Both the position numbers and the translations under genes were made by a program. This document shows, piece by piece, positions 26,269-35,245 of a stretch of DNA of 64,000 bases. Numbering within the stretch: position 1 is the first letter of the stretch; every line of letters starts with the position of its first letter. The stretch lies in NCBI GenBank assembly GCA_033764445.1, contig JANRIZ010000160.1, forward strand, positions 3,084-67,083, in the 5' to 3' direction. This DNA is from Verrucomicrobiia bacterium. GTDB lineage: Bacteria > Verrucomicrobiota > Verrucomicrobiia > JAWXBN01. The notes below the pieces were generated by a model that was given only the letters and a program-made list of their open reading frames with translations, did not search any database and was not told the DNA's origin.

Positions 26269-28210
26269 TCCCCGTTTGACGACACTCTGTGCCGGGCTTT
26301 TGCTGGCATGGCCCGTTCTGGCGCAGCAGCCCCCCGCCCCCCCCTCGGGTGTCAGCGGACTGACCGGGGCCCTGACCAATATCAACCAGAATCTGGACAC
26401 CAAAAACTTTGTCATTGGCAACCCCACCAATGTCGCCGCCCTCAACAGCCTCATCAGCAGCAATTTCAACTTTGCCTCGGGTCAGATTCGCGAGGCGCTC
26501 ATGCCCACCCTGGCCACCACCCCGACGGCCCGGAACCTGCCGCTGACCCTATTTGAGACCTATGCCAACACCCAGGAAAAGGAGGCGAGGCAGGTGCAGG
26601 AATACGTCCGAAAAATCGCCGATCTGAGGACCGCGCTGGCCGGTGGGGCGGTCCAGGGCGGGGCCCCGGTCAAATTGAGTGAGACCGCCCGGAGCATCCT
26701 GCGCAAAAAGGACACCCGCGAATTCTACATGAAGCTGCCGGAGCTTTCCAAATATGAGTTTGATGGCGGGCTCAGCCAGAATCTTTTCAACCGCGTCAAG
26801 GCCAGTCTCCAGGCCGAGGATGAGATGGTGCGGCTTGATGAGGATACGGACCGGCTGGCCATTGAACGCAAAAAAAATGAGACCCTCAACAGCGCCACCG
26901 GTGCCGGGGGCAAGGGGGCAAAAGGCGGGGGCGGGTCCGGAGGGGAGACCAGCGGCGCCAGCAATAACGTCACCAATTTCAACGGGCCGCAGATTGACGG
27001 CAGCCAGCTCAGTGAACTGGCCGGCAAACTGTATCAGGCGACGCGCCAGGAGGAGGCGCGACTGGCGGCGGCGGCCAAAATGGGCCTCAATGAGGTCAAA
27101 AAGGTCAGGCTCGATGTCGGCAACCGTCAGCAATTCCGCGAATACATCGCCAATCTCTTCGCCACCCAGCAGTACCTGCATGCGGTCCTGGCCATGGATT
27201 TCTACCGCGCCGTCTATGCCGACGGCGATTATCCCACGGAACTCTCCACCATGTACAATCTCTCCCTGGAAAACCTCAAACAGGCCCGGGCCGAGGTGGA
27301 GGCCTTCAAGTACAAGTACGAAAACCAGGAGTTGGCCGGGGCTTCCGAAAGGTTGTTGGCGGCCTTTATTGTCAGCCGGAATGCACCCGAAATGCTGACG
27401 GTTCCCCGGGAACAAAAACGCAAGGTTTCCCAGCATTTGCGCAAAATGAGCGAACTTGAGAGCCTGTTGACCGTGAAGGATTTTGATGCCGCCGAGGGGC
27501 TGATCCGCGAATTGAAGAGGACGGCCGGGGATTTTGATTTCAACAAGGCCATGGCCATGGTCAATCTGGGCCGTCAGCGCAGCCACTTTGCGCTGGGCAT
27601 GGCCAAGATGAACATGCAGCAGGGGAAACTCGAGGAGGCCCAGCAGTTCTTCTACAGCGCCGGGGAAATCTGGCCCAACAATCCGGAGCTGGCCAAGGCG
27701 AGCACCACGTTTTTCACCAGCACCGACGCCCGAGGGCAGGCGGTGACGGATTTCGACCGTTTCTGGACCGAGGAAAACTGGCGCGGACTCTATGAGGGCC
27801 GTCTGAGATTCGCCGTGGCCCTGGCTGACGACCCGGCCCGGGCGGCCAAGTTTGAAAAGGCCCTCAAAAAGGTGGAGGTCGTTGAAACGGCCATTGCCAA
27901 GTCCGGTGAACTGGGAAAACGGGGCGACAAATACGGGGCGTGGGAGGCTCTTGAATCGGCCTCCCGTTCATGGCCCAATGATTCCAAACTCAACCGGCTG
28001 CTGGCCGAGTCCAGCAGTGAGGCCGCCGACTTTGTCAAATCCCTCAAGACCGCCCAGCAATTCGAGGCCGAGCAGCGATGGGGTTCGGCCCTGGCCTGGT
28101 ACCTTTCCGCCCGGAATCTTTATCCGGCCAGTGACATGGCCGGGGAGGGCATCGAGGCGATGACCGCCAAAATCCTTCCGTCCGACTCCGGAAATGAAGA
28201 AGTCAAATGA
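26243..28210 (+). CDS. Large secreted alpha-helical (TPR-like/coiled-coil) hypothetical protein
   Basis: Signal peptide (LCAGLLLAWPVLA-QQ), Gly-rich linker, TPR-like segments (GKLEEAQQFFYSAGEIWPNN; WGSALAWYLSARNLYP). Start uncertain: ATG 26243 or TTG 26276. Confidence 0.7.
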   Translation: MRKPCRRNDPRLTTLCAGLLLAWPVLAQQPPAPPSGVSGLTGALTNINQNLDTKNFVIGNPTNVAALNSLISSNFNFASGQIREALMPTLATTPTARNLPLTLFETYANTQEKEARQVQEYVRKIADLRTALAGGAVQGGAPVKLSETARSILRKKDTREFYMKLPELSKYEFDGGLSQNLFNRVKASLQAEDEMVRLDEDTDRLAIERKKNETLNSATGAGGKGAKGGGGSGGETSGASNNVTNFNGPQIDGSQLSELAGKLYQATRQEEARLAAAAKMGLNEVKKVRLDVGNRQQFREYIANLFATQQYLHAVLAMDFYRAVYADGDYPTELSTMYNLSLENLKQARAEVEAFKYKYENQELAGASERLLAAFIVSRNAPEMLTVPREQKRKVSQHLRKMSELESLLTVKDFDAAEGLIRELKRTAGDFDFNKAMAMVNLGRQRSHFALGMAKMNMQQGKLEEAQQFFYSAGEIWPNNPELAKASTTFFTSTDARGQAVTDFDRFWTEENWRGLYEGRLRFAVALADDPARAAKFEKALKKVEVVETAIAKSGELGKRGDKYGAWEALESASRSWPNDSKLNRLLAESSSEAADFVKSLKTAQQFEAEQRWGSALAWYLSARNLYPASDMAGEGIEAMTAKILPSDSGNEEVK

Positions 28211-28232
28211 GTGATTCCCGGGGGGGAATCCA

Positions 28233-28448
28233 TGGCGGGTGCGGTACTTTACGGATGGGGCGGTCCTCGGCAGCCGGGAGTTTGCCGAAAAGGTGTATCA
28301 GAAACACAAACACGTCTTTGGGATCAAAAGAAAGGACGGCCCCCGGCCCATGCAGGGAGCCGTCCAGTGGGGCGGACTGATGACCCTCCGCAACCTCAGA
28401 CAGCAGGCCATCAGTCCGTCCCAGGGCGGAGTGACCGGAGGCGTTTGA
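28233..28448 (+). pseudogene. C-terminal remnant of a REP-associated (RAYT/Y1-type) transposase
   Basis: WRVRYFTDGAVLGSREFAEKVY...FGIKRKDGPRPMQG...GLMTLRNLR resembles the C-terminus of PVC Y1 transposases (from recall). In-frame stop at 28212 upstream, so the catalytic HUH region is absent. Confidence 0.6.
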
Positions 28449-28488
28449 ACCCGGCAGGAATGTTCAAAAAATACCCTGCGATTCCGAC

Positions 28489-28614
28489 GCCCTGACAGGG
28501 CTTTTCATAAAATCCCATTTTCCTGGGGCGTTACCCCAGGCTTCTCATCCGACGGCCCGCTGGGCCTCCCAGAGCGGAGGCGGGGACGCCTCCTGGTGCA
28601 CGCGGGACGCGTGC
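28489..28614. repeat. Cluster of REP-like palindromes
   Basis: GCCCTG-A-CAGGGC (28489), CCTGGGG-CGTTA-CCCCAGG (28522), GGAGGCG-GGGA-CGCCTCC (28576), GCACGCG-GGA-CGCGTGC (28598). Confidence 0.8.
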
Positions 28615-28731
28615 GCTCCCCGCTCGTACCGCTTACTTGTGAACCGTTGCACGACAGTGCCCCCGTTTGTTTCTTGACCGGACCGGAGGCTCATAGTAGA
28701 CCCGGAGGCGAACACTAACAGAGGAGACAAA

Positions 28732-29106
28732 ATGAAACGGATGCTCACAGGCGGTTTGATGTGTGCGGTGATGATGGTGATGGCATTGGGGGTGCCGGGA
28801 TTGTTCGCTGAAAACGAGGATTTGGATTTCACCCTCGTCAACAAAACGGGGAAGAACATTTCCTCGGTTTACATTGCGCCGCATGATTCGACGGATTGGG
28901 GCAGTGATGTGATGGAGTCGGACATTCTCCGGGACGGTGAGTCCGTCAAAATTGTCTTTCATCCCAAGGCCACCGCTGAGGTTTGGGACCTGTGGGTCGA
29001 GGACAAGGAGGGCAACTCGGTCGAATGGGAGAGCCTGGACCTGACAAAAATTGAAACGCTCACCCTCAAGATCGTCAAAGGCAAGCCGGTTGCCGAGTGG
29101 AAATAG
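28732..29106 (+). CDS. Small secreted beta-sandwich protein of unknown function
   Basis: GAGGAG SD, signal peptide, LDFTLVNKTG..ISSVYIAP..STDWG.DV...IL.DGESV motif. Confidence 0.8.
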   Translation: MKRMLTGGLMCAVMMVMALGVPGLFAENEDLDFTLVNKTGKNISSVYIAPHDSTDWGSDVMESDILRDGESVKIVFHPKATAEVWDLWVEDKEGNSVEWESLDLTKIETLTLKIVKGKPVAEWK

Positions 29107-29184
29107 TCTTGTGGAGCGGCTGCCATCAGGCATGAGTCATCAGAAATTGGACATTCTCCCTTCCCTGATGGCAGCGTGTGTGAC

Positions 29185-29237
29185 GCCCCTTCAGGGCTTG
29201 ATGAAATGGGAAAGCAGCCCCTGGATGTTGCCCAGGG
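29185..29237. repeat. Degenerate second copy of the REP-like doublet at 28489-28540
   Basis: GCCCCTTCAGGGC ... CCCTGGATGTTGCCCAGGG, same order and similar spacing as the first copy. Confidence 0.65.
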
Positions 29238-29299
29238 ATATTGTATGGTGCCGCGTGGCGTTGAAATCACCCCCCATCATAGCCGGTGACTCAAAATGA

Positions 29300-29355
29300 A
29301 TCCGTGTTTGATCCGTGGACATCCCGAACCATCCGGGACAAGTCCGTGGCTCTGC
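29300..29355 (+). repeat. 56-bp dispersed repeat, copy A
   Basis: 54/56 identical to the reverse complement of 59072-59127 (aligned by eye). Confidence 0.9.
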
Positions 29356-29426
29356 CTCCCGTTGTGAGTTGAGCGAGCGGAATCGGCCAACAGTCCGAGA
29401 CATTCTTGATGAGGCATTCGCCCGAA

Positions 29427-30569
29427 TCAGACCGTCCGGACGGATTCGGACTTGCTGAGGGCCTCCTTCAGGCTGGATTCGAGCTGGAGCATTTCGCGGG
29501 CCGCCTCGATGCGTTTGGATTTGGCGTCTTCCGTGATTTGCAGGGTTTCCTGAAGCCCGGCCAGCAGATCGTCATTGACCTTTTTGAGTGTTTCCATGTC
29601 GATGACACCCCGTTCGATTTCGCGGCGGCCCTCGGCATTGTTGGTGCGGAGCAGTTCGGAATTTTTGCGGAGCATTTCATTGGTCGCATCCGAAACCTTG
29701 CGCTGTGTTTCAATCGCCTTTTTCTGGTTGAAGAGCGTGATGGCCAGGGCCATCTGGTTTTTCCAGATCGGGATGGTGGTCAGAATGCTGGTTTGAATCT
29801 TGTTGATGAGGGATTTGTCCACATCCTGCACCATGCGGATCTGGGGCAGGGACTGGAGCGTGGCCGTATGGGTCAGGCGCAGGTCGCCGATTTTCCGGTC
29901 CAGATCATCGCGGCGGGCGATCGCGTCCCGGAGTTTCTGTGCGTCGAGAACGTCGCCACCGGCCTTTGCCTTCGTTTCCAGGGCCGGGATCAGGTTCCGG
30001 GTCCAATCCTCCTTCACCTGCTCGGCGGCGGCGATGTAGAGCTTGAGGTCCATGAACTGGTCAAAGGAAGCCTCATAGAGCTTGTCGAGCATGGTGATGT
30101 CGCGGAACATCGTCATCTTGTGTTTTTCGAGGCGTTTGACGATCGTATCGATCTGGCGGCTGGCCGTTTCGTAGCGCTGGATGAATTTCGCCAGGGGATT
30201 CATGAACCGGTAGAAAAGACGCTCAAAGATGTTGCCCCCGTCCATTTTTTCCGGGGACAGACCCCGGACATGGGTGACCAGCTCGTTGAGAGCCTCCCCC
30301 GCCGGTCCGCCATCCTTGTTTTTGACGTTCTCGATCATCTGCTCCGCCTGGGCCGTGACCTTGCGCTGGCTTTCCACCCCGAAGGAAATGATCGACTGGT
30401 TGTCATTCAAATCGAGTTTCTTTTTGAGTTCCTCAATCTGCCGGAGCTGGGGCTCGGTGAAGGCGGGTGATTTCAATTCGGATTCCCGGGCCACAAGGGA
30501 GGCCGGCAGTTCCTGGACGATTTCAAGCGGTTCTGTGGTGGATGTCTGGGTGGGGGATGTGTCGCTCAT
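29427..30569 (-). CDS. Toxic anion resistance protein (TelA/KlaA/YaaN family)
   Basis: SIISFGVESQ, RYETASRQIDTI...LE, LQSLPQIRMVQ, KIQTSILTTIPIWKNQMALA, VSDATNEML..NSELL. Confidence 0.9.
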   Translation of the reverse strand: MSDTSPTQTSTTEPLEIVQELPASLVARESELKSPAFTEPQLRQIEELKKKLDLNDNQSIISFGVESQRKVTAQAEQMIENVKNKDGGPAGEALNELVTHVRGLSPEKMDGGNIFERLFYRFMNPLAKFIQRYETASRQIDTIVKRLEKHKMTMFRDITMLDKLYEASFDQFMDLKLYIAAAEQVKEDWTRNLIPALETKAKAGGDVLDAQKLRDAIARRDDLDRKIGDLRLTHTATLQSLPQIRMVQDVDKSLINKIQTSILTTIPIWKNQMALAITLFNQKKAIETQRKVSDATNEMLRKNSELLRTNNAEGRREIERGVIDMETLKKVNDDLLAGLQETLQITEDAKSKRIEAAREMLQLESSLKEALSKSESVRTV

Positions 30570-31711
30570 GGGGTCGCTCCGGTGGGTTGTGAGGGGGCCT
30601 CGGATGAGGTTGATTTTCTGATCAGCTCGTCCATGACCGCGTAAGTGGGCATGGACACGATGGAATTGACGGTTTTGGGAATGCCATTGACGCCCAGCTT
30701 GGCCGGGTCGGTGATCAGGGCGGCATTGCCCGTACGGAAACCGTGTTCCTCCCAGGCAATGCGCTGGATTTCCGGGTCCTGGAGGGCCGCGATGAGCTTT
30801 TTGCCGTTGTCGGTCAGGGCAATCATCGGATGGCTCGACCAGACCGTGGGGGTGGGGTAAAGAATCTTGAGTTTGGACTGGATCGCGGCCGCCTGCGCCC
30901 TGTTGGCCAGGGAAAACTCGATGATCTGGTTTTCGTACCCCGCCACCATGGGAAAGGCCCCGACGCCCTGTTTGACATACTGGTTGAAAAGATCACCGCT
31001 GGAGCCCTGCATGAAGCCGAGACTTTTGAAAAGTGCGCGCATGGTCGGCGCCACCTTGGCCACATCCTCGGGTTCCAGGGTTTCCCTGTCCGCGAGCACG
31101 GTCGCCACCAAAGCCGCAAACTGGCTGCCGCTGTTGGATTTGGCCGGGTCGGTCGAATGCACCTTGACCGAGCCGAAAAGTTCCTCCAGTCCCACGTCCT
31201 TCCATTTTTTCTTGGCCCGGATCGCCTCCACCAGCCGGGGCATGTCCACGATGTAATGTGTTCCCTCGCGCTGCACGACAATTTTTTCCTTCATCAGGGC
31301 CTCCACCACAATGTCCCAGGAATAGAGGACAATGGGCGAGTTGAAGAGAATTTCTGTGCCCTTTGAATGCTGACCGCCCGCCTTGAATATCTCCAACTGG
31401 GTCTGGCTCCCCGGCCAGAGAAAATCGATCCCTTCCGGAGCGGGCGCAGAAACCATTTCCACCGATCCGCGTTTCTGGGCCTCCAGAGCCAGTCCGTACT
31501 TTTTGCGGAGAATTTCCAGGATTTTCGGGTTCTGACACAGCCCCATTTTCTCCCCGCCCGAGTAACCCTTGACCGATGCCACAGTGACAGTGGGAAAGAG
31601 GCCTCCGCCGGTGCCGCCCGCAGGAGAGGGCTTGACGACAAACCGGTAAACCGCCACACCCGCGAGGGTGAGGATGACGATCAGAATGCCGATGATCTGG
31701 GTTGTTTTCAT
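30566..31711 (-). CDS. Membrane-anchored solute-binding-fold protein (SBP_bac_11-like)
   Basis: N-terminal TM, GGEK..L, KRGSVEM, DFLWPGS, FNSPIVLYSW, TDPAKSNSG, GYENQ, LYPTPTVWSSHP. Confidence 0.75.
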   Translation of the reverse strand: MKTTQIIGILIVILTLAGVAVYRFVVKPSPAGGTGGGLFPTVTVASVKGYSGGEKMGLCQNPKILEILRKKYGLALEAQKRGSVEMVSAPAPEGIDFLWPGSQTQLEIFKAGGQHSKGTEILFNSPIVLYSWDIVVEALMKEKIVVQREGTHYIVDMPRLVEAIRAKKKWKDVGLEELFGSVKVHSTDPAKSNSGSQFAALVATVLADRETLEPEDVAKVAPTMRALFKSLGFMQGSSGDLFNQYVKQGVGAFPMVAGYENQIIEFSLANRAQAAAIQSKLKILYPTPTVWSSHPMIALTDNGKKLIAALQDPEIQRIAWEEHGFRTGNAALITDPAKLGVNGIPKTVNSIVSMPTYAVMDELIRKSTSSEAPSQPTGATP

Positions 31712-31719
31712 GTGAGGGA

Positions 31720-32316
31720 CTAACCTTCCAGTGAAATGGTCTTTTCCAGGACCGTCATTTCGGTTTTGAGCTTGAGCATGTCATCCTCCATGAGCGTATC
31801 CTTTTGATTGGCGAAGCTCGTGGCCACCCGCTCCAGTAAAGCGGCCAGGTCCGTCTCCGTCACGGAAATGTTTTTGGCGTTCTGCTGGCGCAATTTGCGG
31901 AAAGTCTCGATGATCGTGAGGGTGCTTTCAAGATAATAGGTCAGGTATCGGTAGGCACTGTCAATATTCCGGGGCTGTTCCCGGACCTGCTGGAGGATTT
32001 CGCGGCTGGTCTGGACGATCCTCTTGCTGGGCAGGGTGATCGGGTCGGGCAGACCCGCGGCCAACTGTCCGGTCAGTTTCCCCAGCCGTTTTTCCGTGTC
32101 CCGGACCAGCTCCTGCAATGTATGGTTGTCGGGACCGGAATCCAACTGCGCCTCTTCCGCCGTTTTTCCCGGCAGGGCCAGGGAAAGTCCGGCAAATACA
32201 CCCGCCGCCACAAGGCCCGCCGCCCAAAGGGAGAGCCCCATGCCCACAGTGGAACCAACCGCGGCAAGGGATGCCGCGCAACCGCAGATGATGGGTTTGA
32301 GACTTTTGAGGGACAT
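31720..32316 (-). CDS. XpaC-like (5-bromo-4-chloroindolyl phosphate hydrolysis family) membrane protein
   Basis: Two N-terminal TM helices, then RYLTYYLESTLTIIETF and F...KDTLMEDDMLKLKTEMTVLEK; start moved to MSLKS (32316). Confidence 0.75.
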   Translation of the reverse strand: MSLKSLKPIICGCAASLAAVGSTVGMGLSLWAAGLVAAGVFAGLSLALPGKTAEEAQLDSGPDNHTLQELVRDTEKRLGKLTGQLAAGLPDPITLPSKRIVQTSREILQQVREQPRNIDSAYRYLTYYLESTLTIIETFRKLRQQNAKNISVTETDLAALLERVATSFANQKDTLMEDDMLKLKTEMTVLEKTISLEG

Positions 32317-32317
32317 T

Positions 32318-33907
32318 TTAGTTGAAGGATTTGGCGTTCTTGAAGGCATCGACCATGTTTTTGCGTCCGTCAAAGACTTTGGAGCGGGTCAGATCGGCAA
32401 TTTGCTGGAGTTGGGAGGGGTCGGCATTGCCGAACATGATCGGGAAAATCGGGATGTTCGAGCCGGACTGCTGCCAGGCCGCCTTCAATTCCTCAAATGA
32501 ACCGTCGCTGACCCCGTCGGTCATGAGGACGACACTCGTCTGGTATTTGTCCCGGTCGGGAATCCGTGTGATCTGCCGCAGACCCTCCATGGCGCCGCCG
32601 TAGATATCCGTCCCGCCCCCGGCCCTGTTCTGATTGACAAAACCCACGACCTTGGCCAGTTCTGCGGGGTCCGCCCCATTGGCACGGAGGGAGGCTCTGG
32701 GGTTGTTGTCGAAGGGGACAATGACAGTGATATCCGAGGGGCCGGCTTGCAGAAAATGCCGTTTGGCCTCGTCGGTAAAAAGCATTTCAACGGCCTTTTT
32801 GGTCTGGGCCTCGCCCTGGCCGGCCATGGAGCCGCTGAAGTCGATGACAAACACGGTCAGCGAGGGCTTTTTGAGGGCGGTCAGATACACGTCGATCGCC
32901 TTGCGGATGGTCTCCGGATCGGGCAGGGGAATGGGCTGGAGAATTTTGTCGGGCAAAATGCCCCATTCCTTTTTGAAGGCCTCGCCGGAGGCTTCGGCCC
33001 CGACGAGCCCCGTGCGGCGTCCGGATTGGAGCAGCCGGGCCTGCACCTCGGGCGAGAGCAGATGCTGTTGCAGACTCAGGAAAGGCTGTTCCTTGGAGGC
33101 ATTGGAGGGTTTGGAGATGAAGGCCAGAGGACTGTCCGCAATGGGTTGCCCTTCGGAGGGGTAGAAGACCAGCAGCGGTTCACGGTTTTTGGCTGTCAGT
33201 TCCTGATTGGCCTCGATGACCAGCGCCTCGTAATTGACCATGGCGTCAAAGGAATCCGGGTCCTGGACATAAAGGTCCTTGATCCAGCCCGAGGAATTGC
33301 TGCTGCGGGTGATGGCACTCAGCAGCGTCTTGGCCTGTTCGCGGAGGGCCGGATTGTCGAGATCCTTGGAGGTCAGGGCGTCCTCCTTGCCATTGAGACT
33401 GTGCAGGAAACCAAAATAGCCCATCGCCCCGGAATTCGACTGCGTGGGGTTGCTCATGAGCAGGCGCAGTTTTTTGTCGCGGGCCAGACGGACCAGATCG
33501 GCGATCTTGAGCATCGGTCCCTTCAGTCCCAGTTCCTTCGCCTTGCTTTGTTTGATGGCGATGACCACCGGGGTGCGGGTGATGCTTGAGGCGTGGCGGA
33601 CGGCTTTGTTGCCGGAGAGATCGATCCACAGACTGTTGGCGGGCCAGGCCGCATCGTACTCGTTTTCTCCCTGGAGCGCCTGCATGATTTCGACCGACCC
33701 CCTGTAATCGACGGCCACCGGGACCCCTGATTTTTTCGACCATTCCTGGAGGATCGGCTCGAGGATTTTGTTTTCGGAACCGGAAATGATGCGGATCGCA
33801 TTCCCGGGGATGTTTTTGCCCGGGGTGTCCCCGGTGGATTTTTGTTCGCATCCGGGCAGGAATGCCAGGGCCAGGAGGGCCAGAAGGTAATGGGTCCTTG
33901 TTTTCAT
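32318..33907 (-). CDS. Lipoprotein: solute-binding-fold domain plus C-terminal vWA domain
   Basis: Lipobox FLPGC; SGSENK, YRGSVEI, AWPANSLW, SNPTQSNSGA; intact MIDAS (IDFSGSM, GGGTDIY, LMTDG). Confidence 0.88.
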   Translation of the reverse strand: MKTRTHYLLALLALAFLPGCEQKSTGDTPGKNIPGNAIRIISGSENKILEPILQEWSKKSGVPVAVDYRGSVEIMQALQGENEYDAAWPANSLWIDLSGNKAVRHASSITRTPVVIAIKQSKAKELGLKGPMLKIADLVRLARDKKLRLLMSNPTQSNSGAMGYFGFLHSLNGKEDALTSKDLDNPALREQAKTLLSAITRSSNSSGWIKDLYVQDPDSFDAMVNYEALVIEANQELTAKNREPLLVFYPSEGQPIADSPLAFISKPSNASKEQPFLSLQQHLLSPEVQARLLQSGRRTGLVGAEASGEAFKKEWGILPDKILQPIPLPDPETIRKAIDVYLTALKKPSLTVFVIDFSGSMAGQGEAQTKKAVEMLFTDEAKRHFLQAGPSDITVIVPFDNNPRASLRANGADPAELAKVVGFVNQNRAGGGTDIYGGAMEGLRQITRIPDRDKYQTSVVLMTDGVSDGSFEELKAAWQQSGSNIPIFPIMFGNADPSQLQQIADLTRSKVFDGRKNMVDAFKNAKSFN

Positions 33908-34039
33908 GATTGATCCTTATGAGAGGGTTTTTGAACCGTTGCGGGGCTTCATGCCCCCTGACCGCTGCCCCGAACTATGACGGGAGTTTTTCAGGAATCC
34001 ACAGCAAAAAGATGTCAATCTGCAGAGGAAACCTTTCCC

Positions 34040-34114
34040 GCAGAGTTGTCCCGACTTGTCCGCTTCGACATGTCGGGGCATGCTGTTTCCCGGAGTGGTT
34101 CGGGATCACACGGA
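34040..34114 (+). repeat. Interrupted copy C of the 56-bp repeat
   Basis: gcagag..gacttgtcc plus tcccggagtggttcgggatcacacgga match both halves of copy B, with an insertion between them. Confidence 0.6.
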
Positions 34115-34170
34115 AGAGCCCCGGTGGCATCGCCCGCACAAAAATCACAAAAACGAAAAGGACCGGGTGA

Positions 34171-35079
34171 TCATTTGCCCGGCGCCGGCGTGGGGGGCAC
34201 GGGTTTGGCGGCAGTGACCGTTTCCTTGGCGGGTTCTGTCCGGGTCCTGAAACCGTAGTCGAGCAAAATGCGGGCATCCGTCCATTTGTCCGGACTGTTC
34301 AGGAGGATCAGCTGCAGTTCCCGTCCGTCCCGTGTCGCGCTGGCCGCGTAGGTGTGACGGCTGCGGATTGTCCAGCCCGTTTTGGCCGGACCCATGCCGT
34401 TGAACCGGCCCAGCAGACGGTTGTGGTTTTTGATGGTTTGCCGGCCGGACTTGGTGGTCAGACGGTATTCCTCCGTCATCATGATCTTTCTGAGGACCGG
34501 GTAGGAGAGCGCCTTGCGGAAAATCAGCAGCAGATCGTGGGCCGTCGTGTACTGACTGCCGCCGGGCAGACCGTTGGGATTGCAGAACCGGGTATCCTGG
34601 CAGCCCAATTCCCGGGCCCGTTCATTCATCAGCTCGACAAAAAGGTCCTTGGATCCCGCCACATGCCGGGCCAGGGACATCGCACAGTCGTTATCGGACC
34701 CGATCAGGAGCGCGTGGGTGAGTTTCTCGACCGAGACCACCTCGCCGGGGACCAGTGGCACATGGCTGGGTTCGACCCGGGTATCCTCGCGCGTGACCTT
34801 GATCGAGCCCAGGAGTTTTGTTTTTTCATAAACGATGAGAGCCGTCATGATTTTGACCGTGCTGGCGGCCAGGAATTCCTGGTGGGCATTGCGCTCGAAG
34901 AGGGTTTTGTCGCTGGCCGCATCCACCAGCAGGACCCCCTTGGCCTTGATCATCTCCTGGAGCGACATTTCCTTCCGGGGTGCGGCCTTGGATTTTTTTT
35001 TGGAGGCCGCGTGGAGGGGCGGATGCCAGACGCCCAGGAGGATCAGAACAGTCAGGAGAGTCGGTAAAATAGGTTTCAT
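34171..35079 (-). CDS. dacA: D-alanyl-D-alanine carboxypeptidase (peptidase S11, PBP5-like)
   Basis: ASTVK (SxxK), SDN (SxN), FCNPNGL, AKTGWT (KTG). Confidence 0.9.
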   Translation of the reverse strand: MKPILPTLLTVLILLGVWHPPLHAASKKKSKAAPRKEMSLQEMIKAKGVLLVDAASDKTLFERNAHQEFLAASTVKIMTALIVYEKTKLLGSIKVTREDTRVEPSHVPLVPGEVVSVEKLTHALLIGSDNDCAMSLARHVAGSKDLFVELMNERARELGCQDTRFCNPNGLPGGSQYTTAHDLLLIFRKALSYPVLRKIMMTEEYRLTTKSGRQTIKNHNRLLGRFNGMGPAKTGWTIRSRHTYAASATRDGRELQLILLNSPDKWTDARILLDYGFRTRTEPAKETVTAAKPVPPTPAPGK

Positions 35080-35245
35080 GTCATCAGCGAACGCCCATTC
35101 TTGGAGAGGGCACGCCCCGGCGTCAAGTGCTTTAGAGCATTTAATTTTTTTCGGTCAGGGGCGGGGCGGGGATTGGGGGAGGCGGGAGCCCCATGACAGG
35201 ATGGCCGCCACGAAGGAGACGGGATCAATGCGTTTGGTTTGAAAT

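Noticed and set aside
28489-29355. CRISPR array interpretation of the clustered repeats
   Set aside because: Repeats are heterogeneous palindromes without regular repeat-spacer periodicity, and no cas genes are present.
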